Of a stretch of DNA of 64,000 bases, positions 49,181 to 61,233 are shown piece after piece (position 1 is the stretch's first letter; each line of letters starts with the position of its first letter). The DNA comes from Felis catus (Eukaryota), in assembly GCF_018350175.1 (NCBI RefSeq), contig NC_058377.1, positions 20,894,001 to 20,958,000 on the forward strand, given 5' to 3'. The translations under genes and the position numbers were made by a program. The notes beneath the pieces are model-generated. The model ran no database searches, was not told the origin of the DNA, and saw nothing but the letters and a program-made list of their open reading frames with translations.

Positions 49181-50113
49181 ATGGCAGTAGGAAATGACTC
49201 TTCAGTGACCCAGTTTATCCTGCTGGGTTTAACACAACAGCCAGAACTCCAGCTGCCTCTCTTCTTCATTTTCTTAGGAATCTATGTGGTCACCGTGATG
49301 GGGAACATGGGCTTGATTATTCTGATTGGTCTGAAACCTCACCTGCACACTCCCATGTACTACTTTCTCTTCAACCTTTCCTTCATTGATCTCTGCTACT
49401 CGTCTGTCATAATGCCTAGAATGCTGATAGGTTTTGTAAAGCAAAACACCATCTCTTACGCAGAGTGCGTGGCTCAGCTCTGTTTCTTCTCCTTCTTTGT
49501 CATTGATGAGTGCTATATTTTGACATCGATGGCCTATGACCGGTATGTGGCCATCTGTAAGCCCCTGCTTTACAAGGCCATCATGTCCCACCAGGTCTGC
49601 CTCATGCTGATGGCAGGAACATATGCAATGGGGTTTGTGGGTGCCATGGCGCACACCGGGTGCATGCTGAGGCTCACGTTCTGTGATGGCAACATCATTA
49701 ATCATTACATGTGTGACATACCTCCTCTCCTTCAGCTCTCCTGCACAAGCACCTACGTCAACGAGCTGGTGGTTTTCATTGTGGTGGGAATCAATGTAAT
49801 AATGCCCAGTCTCACCATCACCATTTCTTACACCTTGATTGTCTCCAACATCCTCCGTATCCGTTCTACAGAGGGCAGGTCCAAAGCCTTCAGTACCTGC
49901 AGCTCCCACATAGTTACTGTTTCTCTCTTCTTTGGAGCATCGGCATTCATGTATCTAAGACCTTTTTCTACTGGGTATTTGGATCAAGATAAGGTATCCA
50001 CAGTTTTTTATACCATTGTGGGGCCAATGTTGAATCCTTTTATCTATAGTCTGAGGAACAAAGATGTCAAAATTGCACTAAGACTTTTAAGAAAAGGGTG
50101 TTCTCTTGAGTAG
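49181..50113 (+). CDS. Olfactory receptor, family 8 (OR8B-like), 310 aa ORF; C-terminal tail probably frameshifted
   Basis: OR8-type motifs (PELQLPLF, LHTPMYYFL, MAYDRYVAICKPLLY, KAFSTCSSH, PMLNPFIYSLRNKDVK); acceptor tcctgttctcacAG at 49163-49164. Not OR8D4. Exact orthologue not assigned. Confidence 0.88.
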   Translation: MAVGNDSSVTQFILLGLTQQPELQLPLFFIFLGIYVVTVMGNMGLIILIGLKPHLHTPMYYFLFNLSFIDLCYSSVIMPRMLIGFVKQNTISYAECVAQLCFFSFFVIDECYILTSMAYDRYVAICKPLLYKAIMSHQVCLMLMAGTYAMGFVGAMAHTGCMLRLTFCDGNIINHYMCDIPPLLQLSCTSTYVNELVVFIVVGINVIMPSLTITISYTLIVSNILRIRSTEGRSKAFSTCSSHIVTVSLFFGASAFMYLRPFSTGYLDQDKVSTVFYTIVGPMLNPFIYSLRNKDVKIALRLLRKGCSLE

Positions 50114-51680
50114 AAACGGTGTTAGTTACAGATGCCAACTCCTAGTAAAGGCAGTGTATGAAGCTATGGAGAGAACAGTAAGAAATCAAAGTAGAAAGGC
50201 AAATGATTCAAATATAGGGTAAATTAAGCTAATTATTTACAAGTTATTTCACAAAGACAATATAAGGAGGAGGAGGATCCGTCCTTTATCTTTTCATAGG
50301 AAGTAAAAAAACAGTTCATTTGCCATTCTCCAGCTTACTTTTAGAAGTTATAAAGTTTTAAGTATAAAAGGTTGAATGATGGTAAATCCAAAAATGGTAA
50401 CATTTGGGATTTTTGAGTGAGGCATGTCTGGAATTCCTGTGAAGCTTTGTCTTGGATATGTGGACTTTGGTGGACTTTAGATTTGGCCTTGTATTCATTT
50501 GTTCAATAAACCTGTATGGAAAGATTATGGTGGCCATGAGAGTGGTCTATTTGAGTGCTGTAGGGCATTTTGTTCGGGGAGACTCCTTCATTTCCCAAAT
50601 GAAGATAAAAATAGGAAGATGTTCTTCTGCGTCTGGTCTCTGGTCTCAAAGGACTGTGGTAAATGGAGATTTCCTCCTGATGCTGGATCCTAAGGACAAG
50701 AAACCGAGGTAACTTTATAGAGCCGTCAGGAATAAAGGGAACCTATACTGGGTTTTACCTCTTGGGACTTCAGGGCAGGAAATATAGGTACTAGGAGAAG
50801 CTATATTAATTTTACTAGAAAGATTTACCAATTATTGGTAGGAGAATGTTTGTCCTTTTCTCAAATAGACCTAATAATCTCTAATCCCATAGCAATCAGC
50901 ATTTTCCCTTTATTATTTTCACTCCGCCTTTTGTCTCAGAGGTTTACTGGCACAAACGATGTAGTTATTTAATGAGTAAACAGATACTGAGTACCTATCC
51001 TATACCAGGCTCTGTTTTTAAACATCACAGACACAGAAGTAAAAGACACACAGTGTCTGTGCTCTCATAGGGCACGTAGGGTTGTTTTCATAGTTTTGAG
51101 ACTTGGGATTTTTTATGTCTTCTGAATGCAAATTGTATCAGACATATGATTCATAAATATTTTCCACTAATCCACCTTCTCTTTTCATTCTCTTGATAGT
51201 GTCTCTCAAAGAGCAGAAAATATTAATTTTAATGAATTCTAATGTCTCAATTTTTTAATAATGGATTGAACTTTTGGTGTCATATTTGCTTATCCCAAAG
51301 TCCCAAGGACTTTTTGCTTATGTTTTCTTCTCTATGTATCATGATGTTTAAACCCATGATCATTTTGAATTACTTTTTCTATATGGTGTGGGCTGTTGAT
51401 CTGAGTAACTGTTTTTGCATATGGATATCTAATTATTCCGCAACCCTTTGTTGAAAAGTAGTTCAGACTCAAGATAGGTCAGCAAAGATATCTGGACCCA
51501 GAGGTAGCGGTTGAGGAGGAGGGGAGATGTGTGGATCTGGCAGTGCTGGTCACTGATGAATGCCCCTGTGCTTCTCAGGGGGTTATATGACAGTGTGGGG
51601 AGGAGAATTGCTGGGGAAATTGAAAGTCTATGTTTAACTTTTTATGAACCTGCCCTACTGCTTTCAAAAGAGGCTCTACT

Positions 51681-51900
51681 GGGTGGATCAGTCAGTTAAG
51701 CCTCCGACTTCAGCTCAGGTCATGATCTCGCAGTTCACAGGTTCGAGTCACATGTCGGGCTCTGTGCTGACAGTTCAGAGTCTGGAGCCTGCTTCAGATT
51801 CTGTGTCTCCCTCTCTCTCTCTGCCCCTCCCCTGCTCATACTGTCTCTCTCTGTCTCAAAAATAAATAAACGTTAAAAAAATTCAAAACAAAACAAAAAC
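51681..51900 (+). mobile_element. Can-SINE
   Basis: Body and tail; first few head bases missing. Confidence 0.9.
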
Positions 51901-51969
51901 AAAGAGGCCTTACTATTATTATATTCCCACCGGCGATACATGACAATTTTTCCCGCATGTTTTTGCCAA

Positions 51970-52132
51970 NNNNNNNNNNNNNNNNNNNNNNNNNNNNNNN
52001 NNNNNNNNNNNNNNNNNNNNNNNNNNNNNNNNNNNNNNNNNNNNNNNNNNNNNNNNNNNNNNNNNNNNNNNNNNNNNNNNNNNNNNNNNNNNNNNNNNNN
52101 NNNNNNNNNNNNNNNNNNNNNNNNNNNNNNNN
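51970..52132. other. Assembly gap (163 N)
   Basis: Run of N; right edge lies inside a young SINE. Confidence 0.99.
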
Positions 52133-52292
52133 CGGGAGAGGGGCAGAGAGAGAGGGAGACACAGAATCGGAAACAGGCTCCAGGCTCCGAGCCATCAGCC
52201 CAGAGCCTGACGCGGGGCTCGAACTCATGGACCGCGAGATCGTGACCTGGCTGAAGTCGGACGCTTAACGTACTGCGCCACCCAGGTGCCCC
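52133..52292 (-). mobile_element. Young felid Can-SINE (tail lost in gap)
   Basis: Nearly identical to the 831-1051 copy. Confidence 0.93.
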
Positions 52293-54131
52293 TTAATTTG
52301 CACATTCTTAATGCATACTGATACTGAACATTTTTTTCATATGTCTATTAGCCAATTGTATATCTTCCTTGAAATACCTGTTTGAAAAGTGTACCTACTT
52401 TCTTTTTTCTAATTGAAGTATAGGGGACATACATTGTTATATTAGTTTTAGGTGTACATCATAGTGAATTGACAATTTTATGCATGATGCGATGATCATC
52501 ATGATAAATGTAATTACCATCTGCAAGCATACAATGTTGTTACAATATTATTGACTATATTCCCTATGCTGTACTTTTCATGTCCATGACTTTTTCGGAT
52601 TTGGTTATTTCTCTACTCAATATTAAATTGTAAAATGCAATTAAGGAAATGAAAAGTCAAATCATATACCAAGAAAATATATATCTGATAGTGGACTTGT
52701 GTTAAGAAAATATAAACAACCTTTACAACTTATTATGTTTGTATGGTTTATTATTTTCCATTCTTTTACTTTCAACCTACCTATGTTGTTATATTTGAAG
52801 CAAGCTTCTTGCAGGTAGCCTGTGGTTGGGTCATTTTTAAATGGACCTTTAAAATCTTTGCTTTTTAATTGGCCTCTCCATTTACGTTATTTAGACCATT
52901 ATTGATCTTTTGATGTCTGAGGGGCTTACCCTACCATTGTGTTATTAGTTTTCTATTTGTTTCCACTGTTTCTTATTCCTCTGTTTCCCCTTTTCTTGCC
53001 TTCTTATTGATTACTTGATCTTTCTTAGAATTCAGCTTTGATTTATACTTGGTAATTTGAAGTATATCTGTCTGTATACTGTAGGTATCACAACATACAT
53101 GTGTAACTTACATTGTTGGCATTGACATTTTATGACTTGCCGTAAAGTGGAGAACACTTGCTTCTACTTACTTCCTTTTATGCCATTCCATTAAAAAGAA
53201 CTGTCTTTAGTATTTCCTCTACAAGCATTGAGTGTCATATCAGATGGTGTACTTTTGCTTCAAATGTCAAAAAATAGTTTTAAAAAATCTTCAAGATAGT
53301 CTGTTATATTTACCTCTATTTTTACACAGTCACAAGGTCTTCCTTCCTGGAGTTCTAAGCTTCCTCCTGTGATCATTTCCTTTCTGTTTGGTATACTTTT
53401 TAAAGACATTCTGTAAGGATCAGTATATTGAGGACAAATAATCTTAGGTTTCCTTCCTCTGAAAATGTATTTATTTCCCCTTCATTCCTGAAGGATATTG
53501 CCAGTGAATATAGAAGTCAAAATTGGCAGTTCTTTCCTTTCACTGGAAGCCCCTTTCCTTCATTATTTTATATGGGGAATCCACTGTCCTCTTAGTCATT
53601 GTATCTCTGTGGGTAATTTGTCACTTCTCTCTACCTTCATGGAAGATTTTGTTTGGCTTTGGTTTCCAAAGGTTTGATTATGATGAGCCATGACATGGCT
53701 TTCTTTGGATTTATTCTGTCTGAGGTTTGCACAGCTCTTGAATCTGTCTTCCACTGATTTTGAGAACATTTTAGCTGCTATGTCTTTGCATGTTGTTTTT
53801 AGCATTACTCACCTTCCCTTTGCTTTCTGTGACTCCGAAGATATAAATATTAGGGGTTTTGTTACTGTTCCATAGGTCTCTGAGGCCCTGTTTACTTTTA
53901 TCTAGTCTATTTTTTTTTCTGTTATTCACATTATATACTTTCTCTTGATTTACTTCTGAGTCCACTGTTTCTTTCCTCTGTTGTCTTTAATCTACTCTGA
54001 AGCCCATTCTGTGAGTTTATATCATTTATTGTAAATTTTAGCTGTAAAATTTCTCTTTGGTACTTTTTTAAAAAAATTAAAATATAATTTGTTTTTAATT
54101 TTTTATTAAGTTTATTTATTTATTTATTTAT

Positions 54132-54162
<31 letters not shown>

Positions 54163-55880
54163 ATCCCAACCCAAGAAGTTCCACACTGTCAGTGCAGAGC
54201 CGGATGCAGGGCTCGAACTCACAAACCATGAGACCATGACCTGAGCTGAAGTCAAGAGTCGGACACGTAACTGACTGAGCACCCCAGGAGCGCCTAATTT
54301 GTTTTTAAAGAAAAAATTTTCATGTCAAGTTCAAAACGTTAGTGACACTAGCTAAAGTTTATTATGTTAACATATTTAATCAATTGTTTTAAATATGATA
54401 TTGGTACATTATTGGAGTTACGTTGTCCTGTTTTCTGTTTTCTTTTTTTCTTCCTTTTTTTTTTTTTGCTTAGTCTTTTTTGATTAAGGTTTTTATTTTG
54501 ATATAACTGTAGATACATATGCAACTGTAAGAAGTAATAAAGAGAGGTCCTATGTATCATCTACCCAATTTCCTCCCCATGTGACATCTTGCAAAACAAT
54601 AGTATCAAACAACCAGGATCTTGACATTACCCTTTTATAGCCAAACTCACTTCTCTCTCAATCCCACCCCCTCCTTGACACCTAGCAGTCACTAATTTGC
54701 TCATTATTTCTACAATTTTTCCATTTCCAGAATGTTCCACACATGGAATCATACAGTACATTTTGACATTTTTTTCACTCCGTTTAATTCTCTGAATATT
54801 TATTAAAATTGTTGCATGTATTAATAGTTGTCTTTTTATTACTGGGTTGTATTTTATGATATGGAAGTATGATAATCTAACCACTCACACTTGGAAGGAA
54901 ATCCCAGTTCTTTCCAGGTTTTGGCTGTTATGGATAAAGCTGCTAAAACATTTATGCGTATGTTTTTTGTGTAAATATTTCTAGGATCAATGCCCTGGAG
55001 TGCAATTGCTGGGTTGAGTGGTAGTTGCAAGTTTAAGTGTTTTGAGAAAGAAGAAAATTCTGCTATTTTGACAATATGGATGGACCCTGAGGGCATTATG
55101 TTAAGGGAAATAAATCAGAAGAAGAAAGACAAATACCATATGACATGATTTACATGTAGAATCTAAAAAAAAAACAAGCTTGGAAAAACAGTAAAATGGT
55201 GGTTACCAGGGGCTGGGGAGACATTGTTTAGGGGTACGAACTTGCAACTAGTAGATAAATCTTTGAGGTCTAACGCACAGCATAGTGATTATAGTCAGCA
55301 ACACGATTATACACTTCAAGTTTGCTAAGAGATTAGCTTTTAATTGTTCTCACCGCAAAAAAAGAACTACATGACGTGATAGAGGTATTAGCTAATGCTA
55401 TGGTGGTAATCATATTGCAGTATATAAATATATCAAATGAACACATTATACACCATAAATTTTCACAGTATTACATGTCAACTATGTCTCAGTAAAAAAA
55501 AAGAAAAAGAAAGTGAATTTAGATTGAGGAAAAAAAGAGAGAGACAGAGAGAAAAAGAAACTGCCAAAATCTTCCCAGAGTTGCTATGGTGCAACTTTCC
55601 ATTCCTTCCAGCAATATACGAAGGATCCAGTTCTTCCACATCTATGCCATCATTTGGTATTGCGACTATGTTTCATTTTGGTCATTCTGATGGGTGTGAA
55701 CTGATATGTCATTGTGGTTTTAATTTTTATTACCCTAAATCCCCGATGATATTGAACATATTTTCATGTGCTTATTTGGTAGGCATATGTCCTCTCCAGT
55801 GACTGGTCTCTTCATATCTTTTGCCCATTTTCTGTTTTGGCATTGCTGTTGTTGTTTTTACTATTGAGTTTTGAGAGTTT
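52293..55880. mobile_element. Nested old L1 debris (mostly antisense, with a sense L1 3' end at about 55046-55500)
   Basis: L1M ORF1/ORF2/3' motifs in both orientations. Confidence 0.65.
54099..54294 (-). mobile_element. Can-SINE
   Basis: Flanking repeat taatttgttttta. Confidence 0.9.
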
Positions 55881-56120
55881 TTCTTTTTCTTTTTTCCTTT
55901 TTTTAAAATGTTTATTTATTTTTGAGAGAGAAAGGCAGAGCATGCACAAGGGGGGGGGGGGGGCGGGGCGCAGGGAGAGAGGGAGACACAGAATCCGAAG
56001 CAGGCTCCAGGCTCTGAGCTGTCAGCACAGAGCCTGATGTGGGGCTTGAACTCACGAGCAGTGAGATCATGACCTGAGCCAAAGTTGGACGCTCAACCGA
56101 CTGAGCTACCCAGGCGCCCC
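55880..56120 (-). mobile_element. Can-SINE
   Basis: Reverse head caggcgcccc. Confidence 0.9.
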
Positions 56121-56364
56121 TCTTTTTTTCTTCTTAAATACATTCTAGATTAGTTCCAGGAAGTCATTTGTTGGGCATGTGGATTATAGATATTGTCTCT
56201 GGCTTATATAATTTTGCTCTTATCATTTTTATTTCTTTTCTTCTGTGTTCTTTGGGCTTCTGCAGTGGGGATTTGTCTGTGCTCCTTATTTATTTATTTA
56301 CTTATTCATTCATTCAGTCAGTCAGTCAGTCATTTATATCACAGAGGACTGAGACATTTATTTT

Positions 56365-56586
56365 TTATTTTATATTTAAATTTTTATTATTTTTTAAGTT
56401 TATTTATTTATTTTCAGAGACTGTGAATACAAGTGGGGGAGGGGCAGAGAGAGAGGGAGAGAGAGAATCCCGAGCAGGTTGTCAGTGAAAACCTCATTGC
56501 AGGGCTCAAACTCAGGAACCCCGAGACCATGACCTGAGGCAAATCAAGAGTCAGAGGCTTAACCAACTGAGCCACCCAGGAGCCCC
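56365..56586 (-). mobile_element. Can-SINE
   Basis: Reverse head ccaggagcccc. Confidence 0.9.
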
Positions 56587-56705
56587 TATTTCACATTTAA
56601 ATTATAATCCATTACTGCTTTATTTATTCTGTTCCTCACATTATTCAAATTTCGGCCACTGAGAACCCTTTCAATTGGTTCTCACGTCTCTGACAAAACC
56701 CTATC

Positions 56706-56730
56706 TGTGTGTGTGTGTGTGTGTGTGTGT
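56706..56730. repeat. (TG)n microsatellite
   Basis: Read directly. Confidence 0.95.
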
Positions 56731-57069
56731 ACATTTCTAGAAATATGTCCATATGCAATCATCTGTAGCTATGTTACATTAAACATTAGTTCATACTGAT
56801 GACTCCAAATCTAATCCCTTATCACCTTCTTTCTCTCCTTGCTTGTTTGTAAGCTGCCATTCTCACAGTAGGATACTTGTCTCCCACCATCTGCCATTGA
56901 TTTATTTGCCCAAGAGTTTAAGGAGCTATTTAAAGGTCAAGGAATAATTATCTCAAAGAAGACTTCCCTTAGTTAAAGGTCTAGCATGACATTGAGACCT
57001 CTAAGGTAATTGGGGGTTTATTAACAGCAAAGGCTAGATTCAACTGTCTAAGATATTATGGTATAATCG

Positions 57070-57230
57070 GAATGTGAGGGCTCTGAAGCCACAGAGATGT
57101 GAGTTGAAATCCTGGCTCCAATTATTACTGGCTGCATGACCTTGGAAAAATTACATCACCTCCCTCAGTCTCAATTTCCTTGTCTGTATAATGTGATCAA
57201 TAACATTGTCTCAAATATAGTTCTAAGGAG
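57070..57230 (-). mobile_element. MIR
   Basis: gaaatcctggctcc..tactggctgcatgaccttggaaaa..cagtctcaatttccttgtctgta. Confidence 0.75.
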
Positions 57231-57949
57231 AAATAATATAAAGTAATAGGTACAGTCTCTTGCACATGTGTGTGCCCAAAATGATTATGATTACTGTTCC
57301 AGTTCCGACACTCTTTCAGTCTGTTCCCTTTAAAACACCTGTAACACAATTCTGTAAAATGCCTCTCCATCTCCAATGTTATCACGCAAGTTAGACAATG
57401 TTTTCTCTCATGTCTAGGATGTTATAATAGTCTATTAACTGGTCATTCCACCATTTGTCTTTTCCTCTCTCTTCCACGCATCCCATGTTTTAGCATTTAT
57501 GAATGTGACTTCTTCTTCTTCCTAAAGGACAAGAGCAATAAAGAGGCAGATTGCCTGGTGCATAATCCAAACTCTTTAGCCTGACATTCAAAGCCCTTTT
57601 TCAGTCCATAGACTAGTTCAGGGTCATTCACACCCTTTTTTGAATACAGCACGGCTCCACCCATTCATATGGCAAGCTGCTCTAACTAGAGCCTTGAGTT
57701 ATTATTTGTCACCTCAAAGTCTAGAAGTACATATATTTTTGTAGTTGCTTCCTCCATGTTCGACAAAGATATCAAAACCCTGCCAGTTCTTCAGAGATAC
57801 TTTGAACCTTAGCTAGTATAATAAGTTCTCTTTGACATCTTTAGCCTGCTTGGTAAGAAATGGGAACATTTATTTTGCACAGGCACTTAACATAATTATA
57901 TCATTTACTCATTATAAAAGCCTACAAAGTAGTTATTTTTAACATTACT

Positions 57950-58168
57950 ATTTTTTTAAACATTTTCAAAATTCATTTTTGAGAGACAGAGAGAGACAGA
58001 ACACTGGTGAGGTAAGGGCAGAGAGACAGGGAGACACAGAATCCAAAGCAGGCTCCAGGCTCTGAGCTGTCAGCACAGAGCCCAACATGGGGCTCAAACT
58101 CACCAGCTGTGAGATCATGACCTGAGCCGAAGTGGGAGGCTTAACCGACTGAGCCACCCATGCACCCC
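57950..58168 (-). mobile_element. Can-SINE
   Basis: Flanking repeat aacattactatt. Confidence 0.92.
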
Positions 58169-58496
58169 AACATTACTATTAATAGAAGACATTGCATATT
58201 ATTAAAAAGTTTGCACAAGATTCTACATCTACTACTGGTGGGATCAGGATTAGAATACTGGTAGGTCTAACTGACTTCAAAATCCACGTTATTTCTACTA
58301 TTTCATTATACATCCTGAGTGGGAAAATAAAGATGATGACACTTTCTAGGTGACCTTGAGAAGTCACTTTTCTCTTTATAATTGTATTTTATTATCTTAA
58401 AAATGTGGTTTGTTCTCTTAAGCTAGGTGATATACAGGTAAATTTTCATTTATTATTTGTTGATTACATGTTCATTATCAATATTCTTTAAACACA

Positions 58497-58706
58497 TTTT
58501 TTTTCAACGTTTATTTATTTTTGAGAGACAGCGGCAGAGCATGAGCAGGGGAGGGGCAGAGAGAGAGGGAGACACAGAATCCGAAGCAGGCTCCAGGCTC
58601 TGAGCTGTCAGCACAGAGCCCGACGCGGGACTCGAACCCGTGAGCAGTGAGATCATAACCTGAGCCGAAGTCAGATGCTTAACAGATTGAGCCACCCAGG
58701 TGCCCC
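58497..58706 (-). mobile_element. Can-SINE
   Basis: Reverse head ccaggtgcccc. Confidence 0.92.
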
Positions 58707-58965
58707 ATTATCAGCATGCTTTAATATGTGCTACTAATTTAATCAAATTATTGCATATGAAATAAAAAAGAATCACTTACTAAAACAAATGAGCATTCCA
58801 CATACCTCTGAGCCATGGAACCTAGATCTTGGAGGTTAGACATCACCTAAGCAATCTTTCCATCTATAGATGAAGAGTTTGTGACTGAGACATTGATAAA
58901 TGTCGCTTGGCCAAAGGGAGGGGGGAAAGTTCAAGACTGAGCTGAAACTCAGTGGTGCTGATTTT

Positions 58966-59191
58966 TTTTTTTTTAATTTTTTTTTTTTTAACGTTTATTT
59001 ATTTTTGGGACAGAGAGAGCCAGAGCATGAACGGGGGAGGGGCAGAGAGAGAAGGAGACACAGAATCGGAAGCAGGCTCCAGGCTCCGAGCCATCAGCCC
59101 AGAGCCTGAAGCGGGGCTCCAACTCACGGACCGCGAGATCGTGACCTGGCTGAAGTCGGACGCTTAACCGACTGCGCCACCCAGGCGCCCC
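58966..59191 (-). mobile_element. Young felid Can-SINE just downstream of the OR10S1 pseudogene
   Basis: TSD agtggtgctgatttt at 58951-58965 / 59194-59208; near-identical to 831-1051. Confidence 0.95.
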
Positions 59192-59289
59192 TTAGTGGTG
59201 CTGATTTTCACTTGAATGATTTCCCCTCCCCATTTTGCTCCGGGGCTAGTCGTTTCCTTGGCAGGCACATTAAGAGTCACGACGCAGGT

Positions 59290-60246
59290 CAGGGGGTGGG
59301 CTGGAGACTCTCGGCAGCCTCCGCGCAGAAGTCTTTGCAGAGCCCGCTTGACCTCCTTGTTCCGCGGAGTGTAAATGAAAGGGGTGAGCGTGGGGGTGAT
59401 GATTGTGTAGAAGACAGCAGGGGCCCCAGCCCCTGCCCCCGCGGAGCAAGGCTGCAGGTAGATGCATACAGGTGGCATGCAGTTCAGCAGCACCACGGTG
59501 AGGTGGGAGGTGCAGGTGGAGAAGGCACGCTGCCAGCCCTGGGCAGGGCGGACCCGCAGCACGGCCGCCACACTAAAGACGTCCGGTATGATGATGAAGG
59601 GAAGACACCTGCCGCCACAAGGCCGATGTTGGCAAGCGTGACGGGCTCACTGATGGTGGTGTCTGCGCAGGCCAGCTTCAGCACGGGGGGCATGTCACAG
59701 AAGAAGCGGGCGATGTGGTGAGGACCACAGTAGAGCAGGCGAAAGGTGAGGGCGGTGTGGACGGCAGAGTGCCCAGCACCTATGGCCCAAGTGATCCCAG
59801 CCAGCCCTGCACACATCCGTCTGTTCATGTCCCCCTGGGTAGTGTAGGGGTTGGCAGATAGCTAGGTAGCGGTCGTAGGCCGTGACGGCGTATAGAAAGT
59901 ACTCGGTGCTGGCCAGGAAACGGAAGCAGTAAAGCTGAACCGCACAGCCCTCAGAGGAGATCACCTTCCCATGCACCGTCAGGAGGAGGCCTGCCATGAC
60001 CTTGGGCACTGTCACTGTGGACAGACAGGCATCCAGGGAGGAGAGATGCCCCAGGAAGTGGTACATAGGGGAGCAGAGGTGAGGCTCAGAGCCCACAGTT
60101 ATGAGAATGAGGAGATTCCCAGTCAAGGCGATGCTGTAGATGAGGAGGAAGAGAAGGAAGAAGAGGCCAGGATGTTCAGCTGTATACATGAGACCCTCCA
60201 GGAAGAAGTGGCTCAGCACAGCCTGGTTGGGGGCCTCTGTCTCCAT
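59290..60246 (-). pseudogene. OR10S1: OR10S1 pseudogene (two frameshifts, premature stop, damaged motifs)
   Basis: ORF pieces 59695-60318, 59484-59828 and 59164-59571 tile recalled human OR10S1 (PNQ..SHFFLEGL, GKVISxEGCAVQLYCF, AGAGAPAVFYT). +1 at 59829-59835; -1 near 59607-59608; TGA at 59695-59697 in the shifted frame; ATG at 60246. Confidence 0.92.
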
Positions 60247-61011
60247 GGCATTCTCCTCACACACGGAGTGGCTACTTATCCCCTTTGCGACACAACTGTC
60301 ACCAACAGACATAATCAACAGCCATTCCTCCTTCCTGAAATGTCATTAGCCCCTGGGCTATGTCAGCTTGGTCTTGCCCCATAAATGAGAGACAGACAGG
60401 CTCATTTTGTCCTTTGGACCTGTTCTAGTGTTTTCTGGCTGCTGCCTATTTCAGTAGGGGACCCCCAATCTTTTTGAGGCACATAAAGGACTGTAACAAT
60501 TATTTGGCGAAGTGCATTCCCTAAATAACACCAATATAAATATGGATTCGCAAATCTTACTCTTGTGGACCATATCTTTTTCGCGAATATTCCGGAACTG
60601 AGATGCCCTCACTCTCCTCATTTTCTCTGCCATATTGTGGAAGTAGATAAGCAGGATCTTACTGCTGTTGCCATCAGGGAGTTGTGTCCCATTTTCTGGG
60701 GATACTTGCTCAGAGTTTAGGTGCTGTTATGTCAGATGCGGGCCTAGTGGTTCAATCCGTTCCTCACCCAAGGAGAGCTCTTTGAATTATAGGTACCCAC
60801 GACCAATTCTCAAGTGTGTGGCAACGAAGCCTTAGAGAATAAGGACAAATTGTTAAGTATATTTCTTGTTATTCCTGTAAGTCGTTTCAGCCTTTTGGGA
60901 AATGTTTTCCTGTGACTTTATTGTTGAGTCTGGATTGAAATCTAAGAGTTTTCTTCGATTCTTTCCATCCTTTAACCTCCTAAACCTAATTAAGTGTTAC
61001 TTTCTATGAAG

Positions 61012-61233
61012 ATTTTCTTTATTTAAAAAGAAATGTTTTATATTTATTTTTCAGAGTGAGAGAGAGCATGCATGTGCAAGTGGGGGAGGGGCAGAGAGAG
61101 AGGGGACATAAGATCCAATGTGAGCTCTGCACTGACAGCAGTGAGCCCCGATGAGGGGCTTGAACTCGCGAACTGTGAGATCATGACCTGAGCTGAAGTC
61201 AGACGCTCAACCAACTGAGCCACTCAGGCCCCC
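61012..61233 (-). mobile_element. Can-SINE
   Basis: Reverse head caggccccc. Confidence 0.9.

Noticed and set aside
49274-49909. 211-aa antisense ORF (also 59971-60384, 35951-36313, 31532-31738)
   Set aside because: Shadow ORFs opposite OR coding strands, with no recognisable family.
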